Below are positions 9,409 through 18,306 of a DNA stretch of 64,000 nucleotides, piece by piece. Source of the stretch: Acidimicrobiales bacterium (GTDB lineage Bacteria > Actinomycetota > Acidimicrobiia > Acidimicrobiales > CAIXPF01); contig JBBSLP010000020.1 of the NCBI GenBank assembly GCA_038255145.1, positions 3,986 through 67,985 on the forward strand, in the 5' to 3' direction. The notes under the pieces are model-generated. The model ran no database searches and was not told the DNA's origin. It was given only the letters and a program-made list of their open reading frames with translations. A program made the translations under genes and the position numbers. Numbering within the stretch: position 1 is the stretch's first letter; each line of letters begins with the position of its first letter.

Positions 9409-10515
9409 TCAGAGGCCGATGCGCTGGGCCAGGAGCTCGCGGTGGTAGGTGGGGTCGCCGAACAGCAGCTCGGAGGATTTGGCCCGCTTGAAGTACAGGT
9501 GGGCGGGGTGCTCCCAGGTGAAGCCGATGCCACCGTGGATCTGGATGTTCTCGGCCGCGGCGTGGAAGTAGGCCTCGGAGCAGTACGCCTTGGCCAGGGA
9601 GGCCACGGCGGGCAGCTCGTCGTTCAGCTCGGCGGCGCACCAGCCGGCGTAGTAGGCGGCGGACTTGGCCGACTCGACCTCGAGCAGCATGTCGGCGCAC
9701 TTGTGCTTGATGGCCTGGAACGAACCGATGGGCCGGCCGAACTGGACGCGGACCTTGGCGTACTCGACCGACATGTCGAGGCACTTCTGGGCGCCCCCGA
9801 CCTGCTCGGCGGCCAGGCCCACGGCGGCCAGGTCGAGGATGGTCGACCAGCTGTCCCAGCCGAAGCCGTCCTTGCCGATCTCGGTGGCCTCGACGCCGGC
9901 GAACTCGAGCTTGGCCTGCTTGCGGGTCTGGTCCATGGTGGACAGCGCCGTGCGGGTCAGGCCCGCGGCGTCACCCTGGACGGCGTACAGGCCGAGCCCG
10001 CCGCCGGCCTTCTTGGCCAGGACGAGGACGAGGTCGGCGGTGTGGCCGTCGAGCACGAAGGACTTGGTGCCGGTGAGCTTGCCGCCGTCGGCGACCAGCT
10101 CGACACCGGACTCGTCCCAGCGGCCGTTGTCCTCGGTGAAGGCCACGGTGGCCTTGGTGGCGCCCGAGGCGATGCCGGGCAGGTAGGACTTCTTGGCATC
10201 GTCCGATGCGCCCACCAGCAGGGTGTTGGCGGCGAGCACGACGGTGGAGAAGAACGGAGCCGTGAGCAGCGCCCGGCCCATCTCCTCGAGCACGACGACG
10301 AGCTCGACGTAGCTGTAGCCCGAGCCGCCGAACTCCTCGGGGATGATCAGGCCCTGCAGGCCCAGCTGATCGCCCATCTGGGACCAGACGGCGGGGTCGT
10401 AGCCCTCGGTGGTGTCCATGAGTCGCCGGACCTCGGTCTCGGGCGACTTGGTGTCGAGGAACTGACGAACGACCTTGCGGAGCTCTTCCTGCTCCTCGGT
10501 GAAGGCGAAGTTCAT
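9409..10515 (-). CDS. acyl-CoA dehydrogenase
   Basis: MNFAFTEEQEELRKVVRQFLD... and C-terminal IHGGIGFTWEHPAHLYFKRAK are ACAD hallmarks. I start it at the second Met (ATG 10515). Confidence 0.9.
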   Translation of the reverse strand: MNFAFTEEQEELRKVVRQFLDTKSPETEVRRLMDTTEGYDPAVWSQMGDQLGLQGLIIPEEFGGSGYSYVELVVVLEEMGRALLTAPFFSTVVLAANTLLVGASDDAKKSYLPGIASGATKATVAFTEDNGRWDESGVELVADGGKLTGTKSFVLDGHTADLVLVLAKKAGGGLGLYAVQGDAAGLTRTALSTMDQTRKQAKLEFAGVEATEIGKDGFGWDSWSTILDLAAVGLAAEQVGGAQKCLDMSVEYAKVRVQFGRPIGSFQAIKHKCADMLLEVESAKSAAYYAGWCAAELNDELPAVASLAKAYCSEAYFHAAAENIQIHGGIGFTWEHPAHLYFKRAKSSELLFGDPTYHRELLAQRIGL

Positions 10516-10590
10516 GCCGGCAACGCTAGGCACGGTCGACGAGGCCGTCGAATCCCCGTGTGTACACCGGTGCTACGGCGGCCCGGTACC

Positions 10591-10875
10591 GTGGGCGAGG
10601 TGGAACGGATCGGGGTGCGTGAGCTGCGCAACAACGTGGCCGCCGTGGTGCGACGGGCGGCGGCGGGCGAGCGGGTGGTGATCACCGTGGACGGGGTGGC
10701 CACGGCCCAACTGGGCCCGTTGGAGCCCATGGGCGGCCCCACCCTCGACGACCTCGCGGCCAGCGGGCTGGTGGCCCCTCCGCCGCGGCGGGGCCGGGTG
10801 GTGGCCGAGCCCCCCGCCGGCTCCATCCCCGTCGACGTGCGCATCGACCGCCTCCTCGACGAGTTGCGGGGCTGA
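10591..10875 (+). CDS. type II antitoxin, Phd/YefM family
   Basis: The in-frame GTG at 10591 gives VGEVERIGVRELRNNVAAVVRRAAAGERVVITVDGVATAQLGPLE..., a classic Phd/YefM N-terminus. It lies 6 nt upstream of the PIN toxin gene. Confidence 0.8.
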   Translation: MGEVERIGVRELRNNVAAVVRRAAAGERVVITVDGVATAQLGPLEPMGGPTLDDLAASGLVAPPPRRGRVVAEPPAGSIPVDVRIDRLLDELRG

Positions 10876-10881
10876 GCGGCC

Positions 10882-11295
10882 GTGCCCCTGGCCCTCGACA
10901 CCTCGGCCCTGCTGCGCCGCTACGTGCGGGCCCCGGGCCGCGACCTGGTGCTGGCGGCCATGGCCGAGGACGAGGACTGGTGCGCGTCGGCCGTGGCCCT
11001 GACCGAGACCCTGGTCGTGCTCCACCGCCTGGCCCTGCGCCCCTCCGAGCAGGAGGGCCTGTGGCGGGCGGCCAGGGAGGACTTCGAGTCGTTCTGGGTC
11101 GTGCCCACGGACGCCCGCTGCCTGTCCCGGGCGGCGGAGATCGGCGCCACCTACGGCACCCGGATCGTCGACGCCCTCCACCTGGCTGCGGCGGACCGCC
11201 TGCCCGGCCCCGTGCGCTACTGCACCTTCGACCGCCACCAGATCCCCGCCGCCGCCGGCCTCGGCTTCGAGGTCCTCACCCCCCTCGACAGCTGA
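10882..11295 (+). CDS. vapC: type II toxin, PIN-domain ribonuclease VapC
   Basis: The ORF is 137 aa. MPLALDTSALLRRYV (first acidic PIN residue) and later ...IVDALHLAAA...TFD motifs are present. Confidence 0.85.
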   Translation: MPLALDTSALLRRYVRAPGRDLVLAAMAEDEDWCASAVALTETLVVLHRLALRPSEQEGLWRAAREDFESFWVVPTDARCLSRAAEIGATYGTRIVDALHLAAADRLPGPVRYCTFDRHQIPAAAGLGFEVLTPLDS

Positions 11296-11354
11296 GGCCG
11301 GGCCGCCCCGCCCGACGCGCCCGGCTGGCGGGGTGGTCGGTAGCGTCCAGCGCC

Positions 11355-12809
11355 ATGCACGGTCCCCTGCCCCTGCTGCCCGCCTTCCACCAGGCCCGGC
11401 TGGTGCGCGACGGCCAGACCACGGCCACCGAGCTGGTCGAGGCCCATCTGGCCCGCATCGAGCGCATCGACCCCGCCCTGCGGTCCATCTGCACGCTCGG
11501 CGCCGACGCCGCCCTGGCCGCGGCGGCTGCGGCCGACGCGCAGGCGGGACCCCGGGGGCCGCTGCACGGCGTGCCCATCACCATCAAGGATGCCTTCGAC
11601 GTCGACGGGCTGCCCACCGCCTGTGGCACCACCGCCTTCGACGGTCGCACCGACACCTTCGAGGCCCCCTCGGTCACCCGGTTGCGGGCCGCGGGGGCCA
11701 TCGTTTTGGGCAAGACCAACGTGCCCCCCTTCCTGGGCGACATCCAGACCACCAACGACCGGTTCGGCACCACGGTCAACCCCTACGACCCCACCCGGTC
11801 CGCCGGGGGCTCGTCGGGGGGCAGCGCCGCGGCGGTGGCCGCGGGCCTGTCCGCCCTCGACCTGGGCAGTGACCTGGCCGGCTCCATCCGCGTCCCCGCG
11901 GCGTGGTGCGGCATCTGGGGGCTGAAGCCCACCATCGGCCTGGTGCCCAAGCACGGCCACGTGCCCGGTCCTCCCGGGGGGCTGGGCGAGATCGACATCT
12001 CCGTGGCCGGCCCCCTGGCCCGCCACCCCGCCGATCTGGCCCTGACCCTGCGCATCACCGCGGGGCCGGCCGACCCCGACAGCCCGATGCGGGCCGAGCT
12101 GCGCCCGCCCCGGGCCCTGCGCCTGGCCGACTACCGCCTGGCCGTGTTGCTCGACGACCCCTTCTGCCCCGTCGACGACGAGGTGCTGGGCCCCCTGACC
12201 GAGCTGTGCGACCAGCTGGCATCCTTGGGGGTGCAGCTGGACCTCAAACCCCGGCTACCCGTGTCCCTGGAGCAGTCCCAGACCCTGTTCGAGCAGCTCT
12301 ACGCCTCGGAGATCGGGGTGGGCCTGGCCGAGGACGCCTGGGCCCTGTCTGCGGCGGAGGCCGCGACCACCCCCCGGGGTGACGACGAGGCCCGGCCGTT
12401 GCGCATCACCCGGGCCCACGCCCTCAGCCACCGGCGCTGGTTCCAGCTCGACGTCCAGCGGCTGCGCATGCGCGCTGCGTGGTCGCAGTTCTTCACCGGC
12501 TACGACGCCGTGCTCACCCCGGTGATCGCCCGGGCCGCCATCGAGCACGACCACACCCCCGACCACCAGGACCGGCGCATGGTCGTCAACGGCCAGCCCC
12601 GCCACTACTGGGACCAGGCCGCCTGGGTGGGCTACGCCTCCCTACCCGGCCTGCCTGCGGTGTCGGCCCCCGTGCGCTGGACCGCCGACGGTCTCCCCGT
12701 GGGCCTGCAGGTCATCGGCCCCTTCGGCGACGACCTCACCGCCATCGACGTGGCGGCCAAGGTGTGCGATGCGGTCGGCGGTGGCTACCGGCCCCCACCC
12801 CTCGACTGA
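11355..12809 (+). CDS. amidase (amidase-signature family)
   Basis: Starting from ATG 11355: MHGPLPLLPAFHQARLVRDGQTTATELVEAHLARIERIDP..., GVPITIKDAF, and the signature GGSSGGSAAAVAAGLSALDLGSDLAGSIRVPAAWCG. Confidence 0.9.
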   Translation: MHGPLPLLPAFHQARLVRDGQTTATELVEAHLARIERIDPALRSICTLGADAALAAAAAADAQAGPRGPLHGVPITIKDAFDVDGLPTACGTTAFDGRTDTFEAPSVTRLRAAGAIVLGKTNVPPFLGDIQTTNDRFGTTVNPYDPTRSAGGSSGGSAAAVAAGLSALDLGSDLAGSIRVPAAWCGIWGLKPTIGLVPKHGHVPGPPGGLGEIDISVAGPLARHPADLALTLRITAGPADPDSPMRAELRPPRALRLADYRLAVLLDDPFCPVDDEVLGPLTELCDQLASLGVQLDLKPRLPVSLEQSQTLFEQLYASEIGVGLAEDAWALSAAEAATTPRGDDEARPLRITRAHALSHRRWFQLDVQRLRMRAAWSQFFTGYDAVLTPVIARAAIEHDHTPDHQDRRMVVNGQPRHYWDQAAWVGYASLPGLPAVSAPVRWTADGLPVGLQVIGPFGDDLTAIDVAAKVCDAVGGGYRPPPLD

Positions 12810-12894
12810 CCGCCCCGCCGACCGCATCAGGCCCGAGCAACACCGATGCGGTCGGCGGTGGCTACCGGCCCCCACCCCTCGACTGACCGCCCCG
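12767..12894. repeat. 51-bp direct duplication (12767-12817 and 12844-12894, period 77 bp)
   Basis: The unit cgatgcggtcggcggtggctaccggcccccacccctcgactgaccgccccg occurs twice, identically. Copy 1 is the amidase 3' end (DAVGGGYRPPPLD*). Copy 2 forms the 3' end of the convergent minus-strand gene. The 26-bp spacer contains ccgaccgcatc, the reverse complement of the repeat start. Confidence 0.95.
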
Positions 12895-13224
12895 ACGGAG
12901 CACGGGGTCGGGGAAGTCGCGGTAGAGACCGAAGCGGACGTTGGTGACCTGGCGGTACACGGCGCTGTGGCGGGCCTCGGTCTCTCCGGCCCGGGTGGCT
13001 GCGGCCTGGAAGGCCAGGTCGAGCTGGCCCAGGTCGGCGGTGCGGATGTCGAGGTGGAACTCGCCCAACCCGTCGGGGCCCAGGCCCAGCTTGCGCCGCC
13101 ACAGCTCCCAACTGTCGATGCGGCCCTCGTCGCGCAGCCAGCCCAGCCACCCTGTCAGGGCGTCGTCGAAGTCGAGGGCGTCGGCCCCGGGCACGAGATC
13201 GAACCAGATCACGTAGTGGTCCAC
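12862..13224 (-). CDS. small hypothetical protein (DUF6614-like by recollection)
   Basis: GTG 13224 gives VDHYVIWFDLVPGADALDFDDALTGWLGWLRDEGRIDSWELWRRKLGLGPDGLGEFHLDIRTADLGQLDLAFQ...RFGLYRDFPDP. GC3 is high until the last ~12 codons, which lie in repeat copy 2. Confidence 0.55.
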   Translation of the reverse strand: MDHYVIWFDLVPGADALDFDDALTGWLGWLRDEGRIDSWELWRRKLGLGPDGLGEFHLDIRTADLGQLDLAFQAAATRAGETEARHSAVYRQVTNVRFGLYRDFPDPVLRRGGQSRGGGR

Positions 13225-13272
13225 GCCGGCAGTCTGGCCCCGGCAGCCACGGCGGCCAGCTAGCTTTTCGCC

Positions 13273-13899
13273 ATGGCCACCGGAGCACCCCGCTACCTGC
13301 ACTACGAGGACAGCCAGGCCCTCATCCACAAGGTCGTGGTGGGTCCCTACGCCAACAACGTCTACATCCTGCGCTGCAAGGCCACCGGCGAGGCCGTGCT
13401 CCTCGACGCGGCCAACGAGCACGACATGCTGCTCGAGCTGTGCCGGGAGCTGAAGGTGGGCAAGGTGTTCGAGACCCACGGCCACTGGGACCACATCCAG
13501 GCCGTGCCCGCCATACGCGAGGCCGGCTTCGAGGTGGGGATCACCAAGGAGGACGCCGGCATGCTGCCGTCCTACGACTTCCTCCTCGAGGACGAGTCCG
13601 TGCTCCAGGTGGGCCGCCTGCGCCTCCACACCATGCTCACCCCCGGCCACACCCCGGGTTCGATGTGCTTCCTGGTCGAGGGCTCGCCGGTGCTCTTCTC
13701 CGGCGACACCCTGTTCCCCGGGGGTCCGGGCAACACCAGCTTCGAGCACAGCGACTTCCCCACCATCATCCGCTCCCTCGAGGAGCGCATCTTCTCCCCC
13801 CTCGCCCGCCAGACCATCGTCATGCCCGGCCACGGTGTGGACACGACGGTGGGCAAGGAGCTTCCCCACCTGCAGGAATGGGTCGACCGGGGCTGGTGA
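13273..13899 (+). CDS. MBL-fold metallo-hydrolase (glyoxalase II-like)
   Basis: The ORF is 208 aa with the ETHGHWDHIQ metal-binding motif and TPGHTPGS, as in hydroxyacylglutathione-hydrolase-like enzymes. Confidence 0.85.
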   Translation: MATGAPRYLHYEDSQALIHKVVVGPYANNVYILRCKATGEAVLLDAANEHDMLLELCRELKVGKVFETHGHWDHIQAVPAIREAGFEVGITKEDAGMLPSYDFLLEDESVLQVGRLRLHTMLTPGHTPGSMCFLVEGSPVLFSGDTLFPGGPGNTSFEHSDFPTIIRSLEERIFSPLARQTIVMPGHGVDTTVGKELPHLQEWVDRGW

Positions 13900-13930
13900 G
13901 CCCGCCTCCGTCGCCACCCCCTGACCGCTG

Positions 13931-14311
13931 ATGGCTCCCACCCCGCGCTCGCAACGCCCCCTCGACATGACCCCGGTTCGCACCGAGGACCTGCCCCTCA
14001 CCCCACCGGCGGACCGCAACATCCCCGCCGAGGCGTGGACCGACGCCCCGCCCCAGCTGCTGCGCCTGGGCGACGAGATCGGCGAGCCCACCGTCCTCTA
14101 CCTGCGCCAGATCGGCCCCTACCTGGTGTGGCGGGCCGGGGCCGGCACCAGCCGGGCCGTCACCCGGTGGATGGCCATCGACATCGGTGACCACGAGCGC
14201 CGCTTCACCTTCGCCCAGGACGCCGAGGGCCGGAGCCACGGCGTCGGCCCCTCGGGCGTCGGGCACGAGCGCTTCCGCACCTGGAAGGAAGACCTCCACT
14301 CCTCCGACTGA
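13931..14311 (+). CDS. hypothetical protein
   Basis: The ORF is 126 aa with coding-like codon usage and no motif I recognise. The start may be the internal Met (MTPVRTEDL). Confidence 0.5.
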   Translation: MAPTPRSQRPLDMTPVRTEDLPLTPPADRNIPAEAWTDAPPQLLRLGDEIGEPTVLYLRQIGPYLVWRAGAGTSRAVTRWMAIDIGDHERRFTFAQDAEGRSHGVGPSGVGHERFRTWKEDLHSSD

Positions 14312-14366
14312 CCCTGCTCCTGGTGGCCTAGCTTGCCCCTGGGGTGGGGCAGCAACCACGGGGGGC

Positions 14367-15392
14367 ATGGGGATGAAGGTCGGGGTCCTGCAGTTCTTCA
14401 GCTGGCCTGATCGCCGGGTACCGCTGCCCGTCGTCTACGAGCGGGCCCTCGAGCGGATCGAGGTCATGGACCGATCGGGCTACGACGCCGTGTGGCTGGC
14501 CGAGCACCACTTCTCGACCTACTCGGTGTGCCCGTCGGTCCACCTCATGGGCATGCAGGTGGCCGCCCGCACCACCAACCTGCGGGTGGGCATGGCCGTG
14601 ACCCTGGCCGCCTTCTACCACCCCCTACGCATCGCCGAGGAGGTGGCCCTGCTCGACGTGCTCTCCGGGGGCCGGGTGAACTGGGGAGCCGGTCGGGGCT
14701 TCGACCGCACCGAGTACCGCACCTTCGAGGTGGCCGACGACGAGAGCTACCCCCGCTTCCGCGAGCACGTCGAGATCGTCCTCGCCGCCTGGTGCAACGA
14801 GCGGCTGACCCACCACGGCCGCTTCTGGGACTTCGACGACGTCGAGGTGCTGCCCAAGCCCATCCAGGCCCCCCACCCGCCGACCTGGGTGGCGGCATCA
14901 TCGCCCGAAGCGGTGGAGTGGTCGGCCAACCAGGGCCTGTCCATCCTCATGGACCCGCACTCGTCCCACGAGGAGATCGCCCGCAAGCGGGCCCTGTGGC
15001 AGACCACGCTGGAGGCGACGGGAGCCAGCGCAGCCGGCCGGGACATCCCCATGGCCCGCCTGCTGGCCATCGCCCCCACCACGGCCGAGGCCGAGGCCGT
15101 GGCCCGCCGGGGGGCATCGTGGATGCTGGGCTCCTACGCCGGCGGTGACCGCAAGGGCGTGGGCCCCTCCGCCGACCTGACCACCAGCCGCAAGGGCCCC
15201 GACGTCGACCCCGTGGAGCGCTACGTGGACGAGGTCATCATCTGGGGGACCCCGTCATCGGTGTGCGACCAGCTCGACGAGCTGGCCACCACCCTGCCCC
15301 TCGACTACCTGCTGGCCGCCCCCCTCAGCCAGCAGACCTTCGAGCTGCTCACCGACGAGGTCGTGCCCCGCATGGCTACCGTCGCCGCCTGA
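14367..15392 (+). CDS. LLM-class (luciferase-like) flavin/F420-dependent oxidoreductase
   Basis: Starting from ATG 14367: MGMKVGVLQFFSWPD...GYDAVWLAEHHFSTYSVCPS...LDVLSGGRVNWGAGRG, typical of luciferase-like monooxygenases. Confidence 0.85.
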   Translation: MGMKVGVLQFFSWPDRRVPLPVVYERALERIEVMDRSGYDAVWLAEHHFSTYSVCPSVHLMGMQVAARTTNLRVGMAVTLAAFYHPLRIAEEVALLDVLSGGRVNWGAGRGFDRTEYRTFEVADDESYPRFREHVEIVLAAWCNERLTHHGRFWDFDDVEVLPKPIQAPHPPTWVAASSPEAVEWSANQGLSILMDPHSSHEEIARKRALWQTTLEATGASAAGRDIPMARLLAIAPTTAEAEAVARRGASWMLGSYAGGDRKGVGPSADLTTSRKGPDVDPVERYVDEVIIWGTPSSVCDQLDELATTLPLDYLLAAPLSQQTFELLTDEVVPRMATVAA

Positions 15393-15418
15393 CGGCGGGC
15401 ACCGGCACCGGGAGTGGC

Positions 15419-17140
15419 TCAGACCGGCTCGGGCACCACGGTCGCTGACGCCACGTTGGGCACCGACGCCGCACGGGCGTCGCCGCGCTCCGCCAAGGCC
15501 CGCAGCAACGGACCCAGCTCGCTGACCTCGACCTCGGCGGGAACTGTCGTGGCGCTGGCGGGGTCGAGCACGGCCAGGAAGCCCCGGGGGCTGTGCTCGC
15601 CGGTCCGCAGGAAGGGCAGGGGACCGACCCGACCGACGACGGGGTGCTCGAGGGCGTCGACGGCCCGGGCCCCCAGGGCCACCAGGTCGGCTGGAGGGCC
15701 GTCTGTGCCCAGGGGATCGTCGGCCCGGGGCCGCACGATGTCGGCGAACACGGGCAGTCCGTTGCGGGGGTCGCGGCACTGGCGCAACACGTCTTCGAGG
15801 CGGTCGAGCTCAACCCCGTAGCCGTCGAGGGGGACGATGCCGTGGGCCTCGCGCCCCTCGAGGTTCACCCGCAGGTGCAGGTCAGAGAAGGTGGGCAGAG
15901 CGAAGCTGCGCTGGTAGGGCCAGTAGCGCTGGTACAGGCTGGTACCCAGGTAGTCGATGGCACGACCCTCGCCCACGTCGATGGCGCCGTCGCCGTCGTG
16001 GGCGGCCTCGGCGGGGGCCACCGCCTCGATCCGGTACCAGGGCGTGACCTCACCACCCCGGTCCCGAAGCGGGCCGAGCAGACCGCCGGCCACCTTGGCG
16101 GCCCGGCGGGCCACGTCGGTGGCCCGGTCGACCACATCCGGGGCCTGGTGGGGGTCGGGGTGGCGATGGCCGACCAGGCCCCGGCCGATCAGGTCGAAGG
16201 CCTGCTGGGCGCCCTGGGGTTCGGCCCAGCCGCCGGTCTCGATGGGGTCGTGGCGGGGGTTGCGCTGGCGGGCCCAACCGAACTCGAGGCGGTGGAGCAG
16301 CTCGGGGACCAGGTTCAGACCCAGCAGGTCACCCTGGTTGGACTGCGAACCGTGCACGGCGAACACGGCCACGGTGGCCTGCGGTCCGGCCTCGTCCACC
16401 AGGGTGCCGATGGCCTCGTCGAGGCCCTGGTAGATGGCCTCGAGACGGGCGGCGGCCGCCGGGGCACCCGGGTGGCGGTGCAGCGGGTGCTCAGGGTCGA
16501 TCCCGTGCCACAGGTGGTGACCGGCCGAGTGGGGCTCGGAGAACACGGTGATGGCCAGCTGCCAGCCGGGGCGGCTGCGCATCAGGCGCACCATGCCCTC
16601 GGCCCGACGGCGGGCCCCTTCGAGCATGGCCGCGGTCAGCGAGCACAGGTAGGGGTCGCTCCACCACCCGGGCTGGCTGTCGGCGTCGAAGGCGGGGTGG
16701 GGCCCGAGGGCGGCGTCGAGCTCGGCCAGGGCGCCCCTGGGCATGGCCGCCCGCGGGTACTGGGGCGAGTGGGCACCCCACGCCGTCACCTGGATGCCCG
16801 TGACGGTGGACGAGAGGGTCGAGTGGGGCACGTCGAAGGCGATGACGTCGAGGTCGCCGCCGGCGTAGAAGGGCTCCGCGGCGTGGGCGCCCTGCTCGGT
16901 GGTGGCGTAGGTGGCCGGGTCGAAGCGCATCGTGCCCCAGTAGCCGTCACCGCCGGACGGCGCCGCGGTGACGAACGCGGTCCACGGCAGCTCGGCCCGG
17001 TAGGCCCAGGCCTGGGTCACCCGGGCCCGGGCGCCATGGCCCAGGATCCGGGCCAGGTGGGGCAGCCGGCCCTCACCCACCAGCCGCTCGATGAGGTCGA
17101 GGTCGGCTGCGTCCAAGCCGATGCACAGAACCTGGGACAT
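15419..17140 (-). CDS. alkaline-phosphatase-superfamily protein (type I phosphodiesterase/nucleotide pyrophosphatase-like)
   Basis: MSQVLCIGLDAADLDLIERLVGEGRLPHLARIL... and later VFSEPHSAGHHLWH, VFAVHGS. I start it at Met 17140. Confidence 0.7.
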   Translation of the reverse strand: MSQVLCIGLDAADLDLIERLVGEGRLPHLARILGHGARARVTQAWAYRAELPWTAFVTAAPSGGDGYWGTMRFDPATYATTEQGAHAAEPFYAGGDLDVIAFDVPHSTLSSTVTGIQVTAWGAHSPQYPRAAMPRGALAELDAALGPHPAFDADSQPGWWSDPYLCSLTAAMLEGARRRAEGMVRLMRSRPGWQLAITVFSEPHSAGHHLWHGIDPEHPLHRHPGAPAAAARLEAIYQGLDEAIGTLVDEAGPQATVAVFAVHGSQSNQGDLLGLNLVPELLHRLEFGWARQRNPRHDPIETGGWAEPQGAQQAFDLIGRGLVGHRHPDPHQAPDVVDRATDVARRAAKVAGGLLGPLRDRGGEVTPWYRIEAVAPAEAAHDGDGAIDVGEGRAIDYLGTSLYQRYWPYQRSFALPTFSDLHLRVNLEGREAHGIVPLDGYGVELDRLEDVLRQCRDPRNGLPVFADIVRPRADDPLGTDGPPADLVALGARAVDALEHPVVGRVGPLPFLRTGEHSPRGFLAVLDPASATTVPAEVEVSELGPLLRALAERGDARAASVPNVASATVVPEPV

Positions 17141-17151
17141 GTCGGACAAGC

Positions 17152-18021
17152 CTACGGGCGGGTGGCCCGCAGCCACTCCACGGCACCCCCCAGCTCACGC
17201 CCGGTGGTGGTCAGGGCCCACAGCAGGTGGCGGGGACCGGGACCGACCCGTCGGGCGGCGGCTGCCGCCCAGCTGCTGACGTAACCGGGATCGCCCTGGC
17301 GCAACCGCTCGGCCCAGAAGGCACCCCGGGCGTGGTCGTTGTGACGTTCGAGACCTGCGGTGTGCTGCACGTCACGGCCATGGGCGTGGCGGACGACGGC
17401 CCCGGGCACGTGGGCCCCGACCACCCCCTCGGCCAGCAGGCGGGCCACGAGGTCCACGTCCTCGCAGCGGAACGGCGTGCCCGCACCCAGGCGGTCGTCG
17501 AAACCCCCGACGTCGACCAGGGCGGTGCTCCGTACGGCGAAGTTGGCCCCCTGCACCTGGCCTGGGCGCACCGGCTGTGCGAGCCGCAGGAAGCGGAACG
17601 AGGTGGCCACCTGCAGGGCGGCCGGGGCCTCGCCCTCGTCCGCGGGCAGCACGCGGCCCGAGGCGAAGCCGATGGGCAGCTCGGCAAAAGCGGCCAGCAG
17701 CTGCTCCAGGCAGTCGTCGTCCACCAGGCAGTCGTCGTCGGTGAAGGCGAGCACGTCACCGCAGGCGGCACCGGCCCCGCGGTTGCGGGCCCGGCCCAGG
17801 CCGGCGACGGGCTCGACCACCGCCACCACCGGGTACGGCGCGGCGGCGGCGTGGCCGGCCACCACCTCGGGCGTGGCGTCAGTCGACCCGTTGTCGACGA
17901 CCACGAGCTCGAAGCCGGGGGGCCGGCGGGCGGCGTCGACGCTGGCCAGGAGCCGGGTCAGCCGCGGGGCACGGTCCCGGGTGCACACGATCAGGGACAG
18001 CGTCGGCTTCGGGGACGCCAC
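17152..18021 (-). CDS. glycosyltransferase family 2
   Basis: The ORF is 289 aa: TLSLIVCTRDRAPRLTRLLASV...ELVVVDNGSTDATPEVV...LAFTDDDC (DxD). Confidence 0.85.
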   Translation of the reverse strand: MASPKPTLSLIVCTRDRAPRLTRLLASVDAARRPPGFELVVVDNGSTDATPEVVAGHAAAAPYPVVAVVEPVAGLGRARNRGAGAACGDVLAFTDDDCLVDDDCLEQLLAAFAELPIGFASGRVLPADEGEAPAALQVATSFRFLRLAQPVRPGQVQGANFAVRSTALVDVGGFDDRLGAGTPFRCEDVDLVARLLAEGVVGAHVPGAVVRHAHGRDVQHTAGLERHNDHARGAFWAERLRQGDPGYVSSWAAAAARRVGPGPRHLLWALTTTGRELGGAVEWLRATRP

Positions 18022-18222
18022 GGTCGCGATGGTGGGAGCGATGCCGTGGAGCTTACCGGTGACCCTCCACGGCCCCCTCCCCCGGGAGCGGCCCCGGGCT
18101 GCGGACGGACCCCTCTACCTGGAAAGACCGTCCTGGCCGTTCGGAGCAGGACGAATGACACAGCGATAACCTTGAACCGGCGGCGGGTCGACCGATGTGT
18201 GGTCCACGCAGCACTCGATGCG

Positions 18223-18257
18223 GTGCGTCGCACGATGTGCAGCACACGGTGCGCACC
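18223..18257. promoter_or_regulatory. three tandem GTGC(N0-3)GCAC palindromes in the divergent GT2 promoter region (candidate operator array)
   Basis: The palindromes are gtgcgtcgcac (18223-18233), tgtgcagcaca (18236-18246) and ggtgcgcacc (18248-18257). Their centres are ~12-13 bp apart. They lie in a visibly less GC-rich intergenic region. Confidence 0.35.
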
Positions 18258-18306
18258 ATGGGTGGCAGGAGCCCGCCCGGCCGTGAGGGCGGAGAGGGAT
18301 CTGCTG

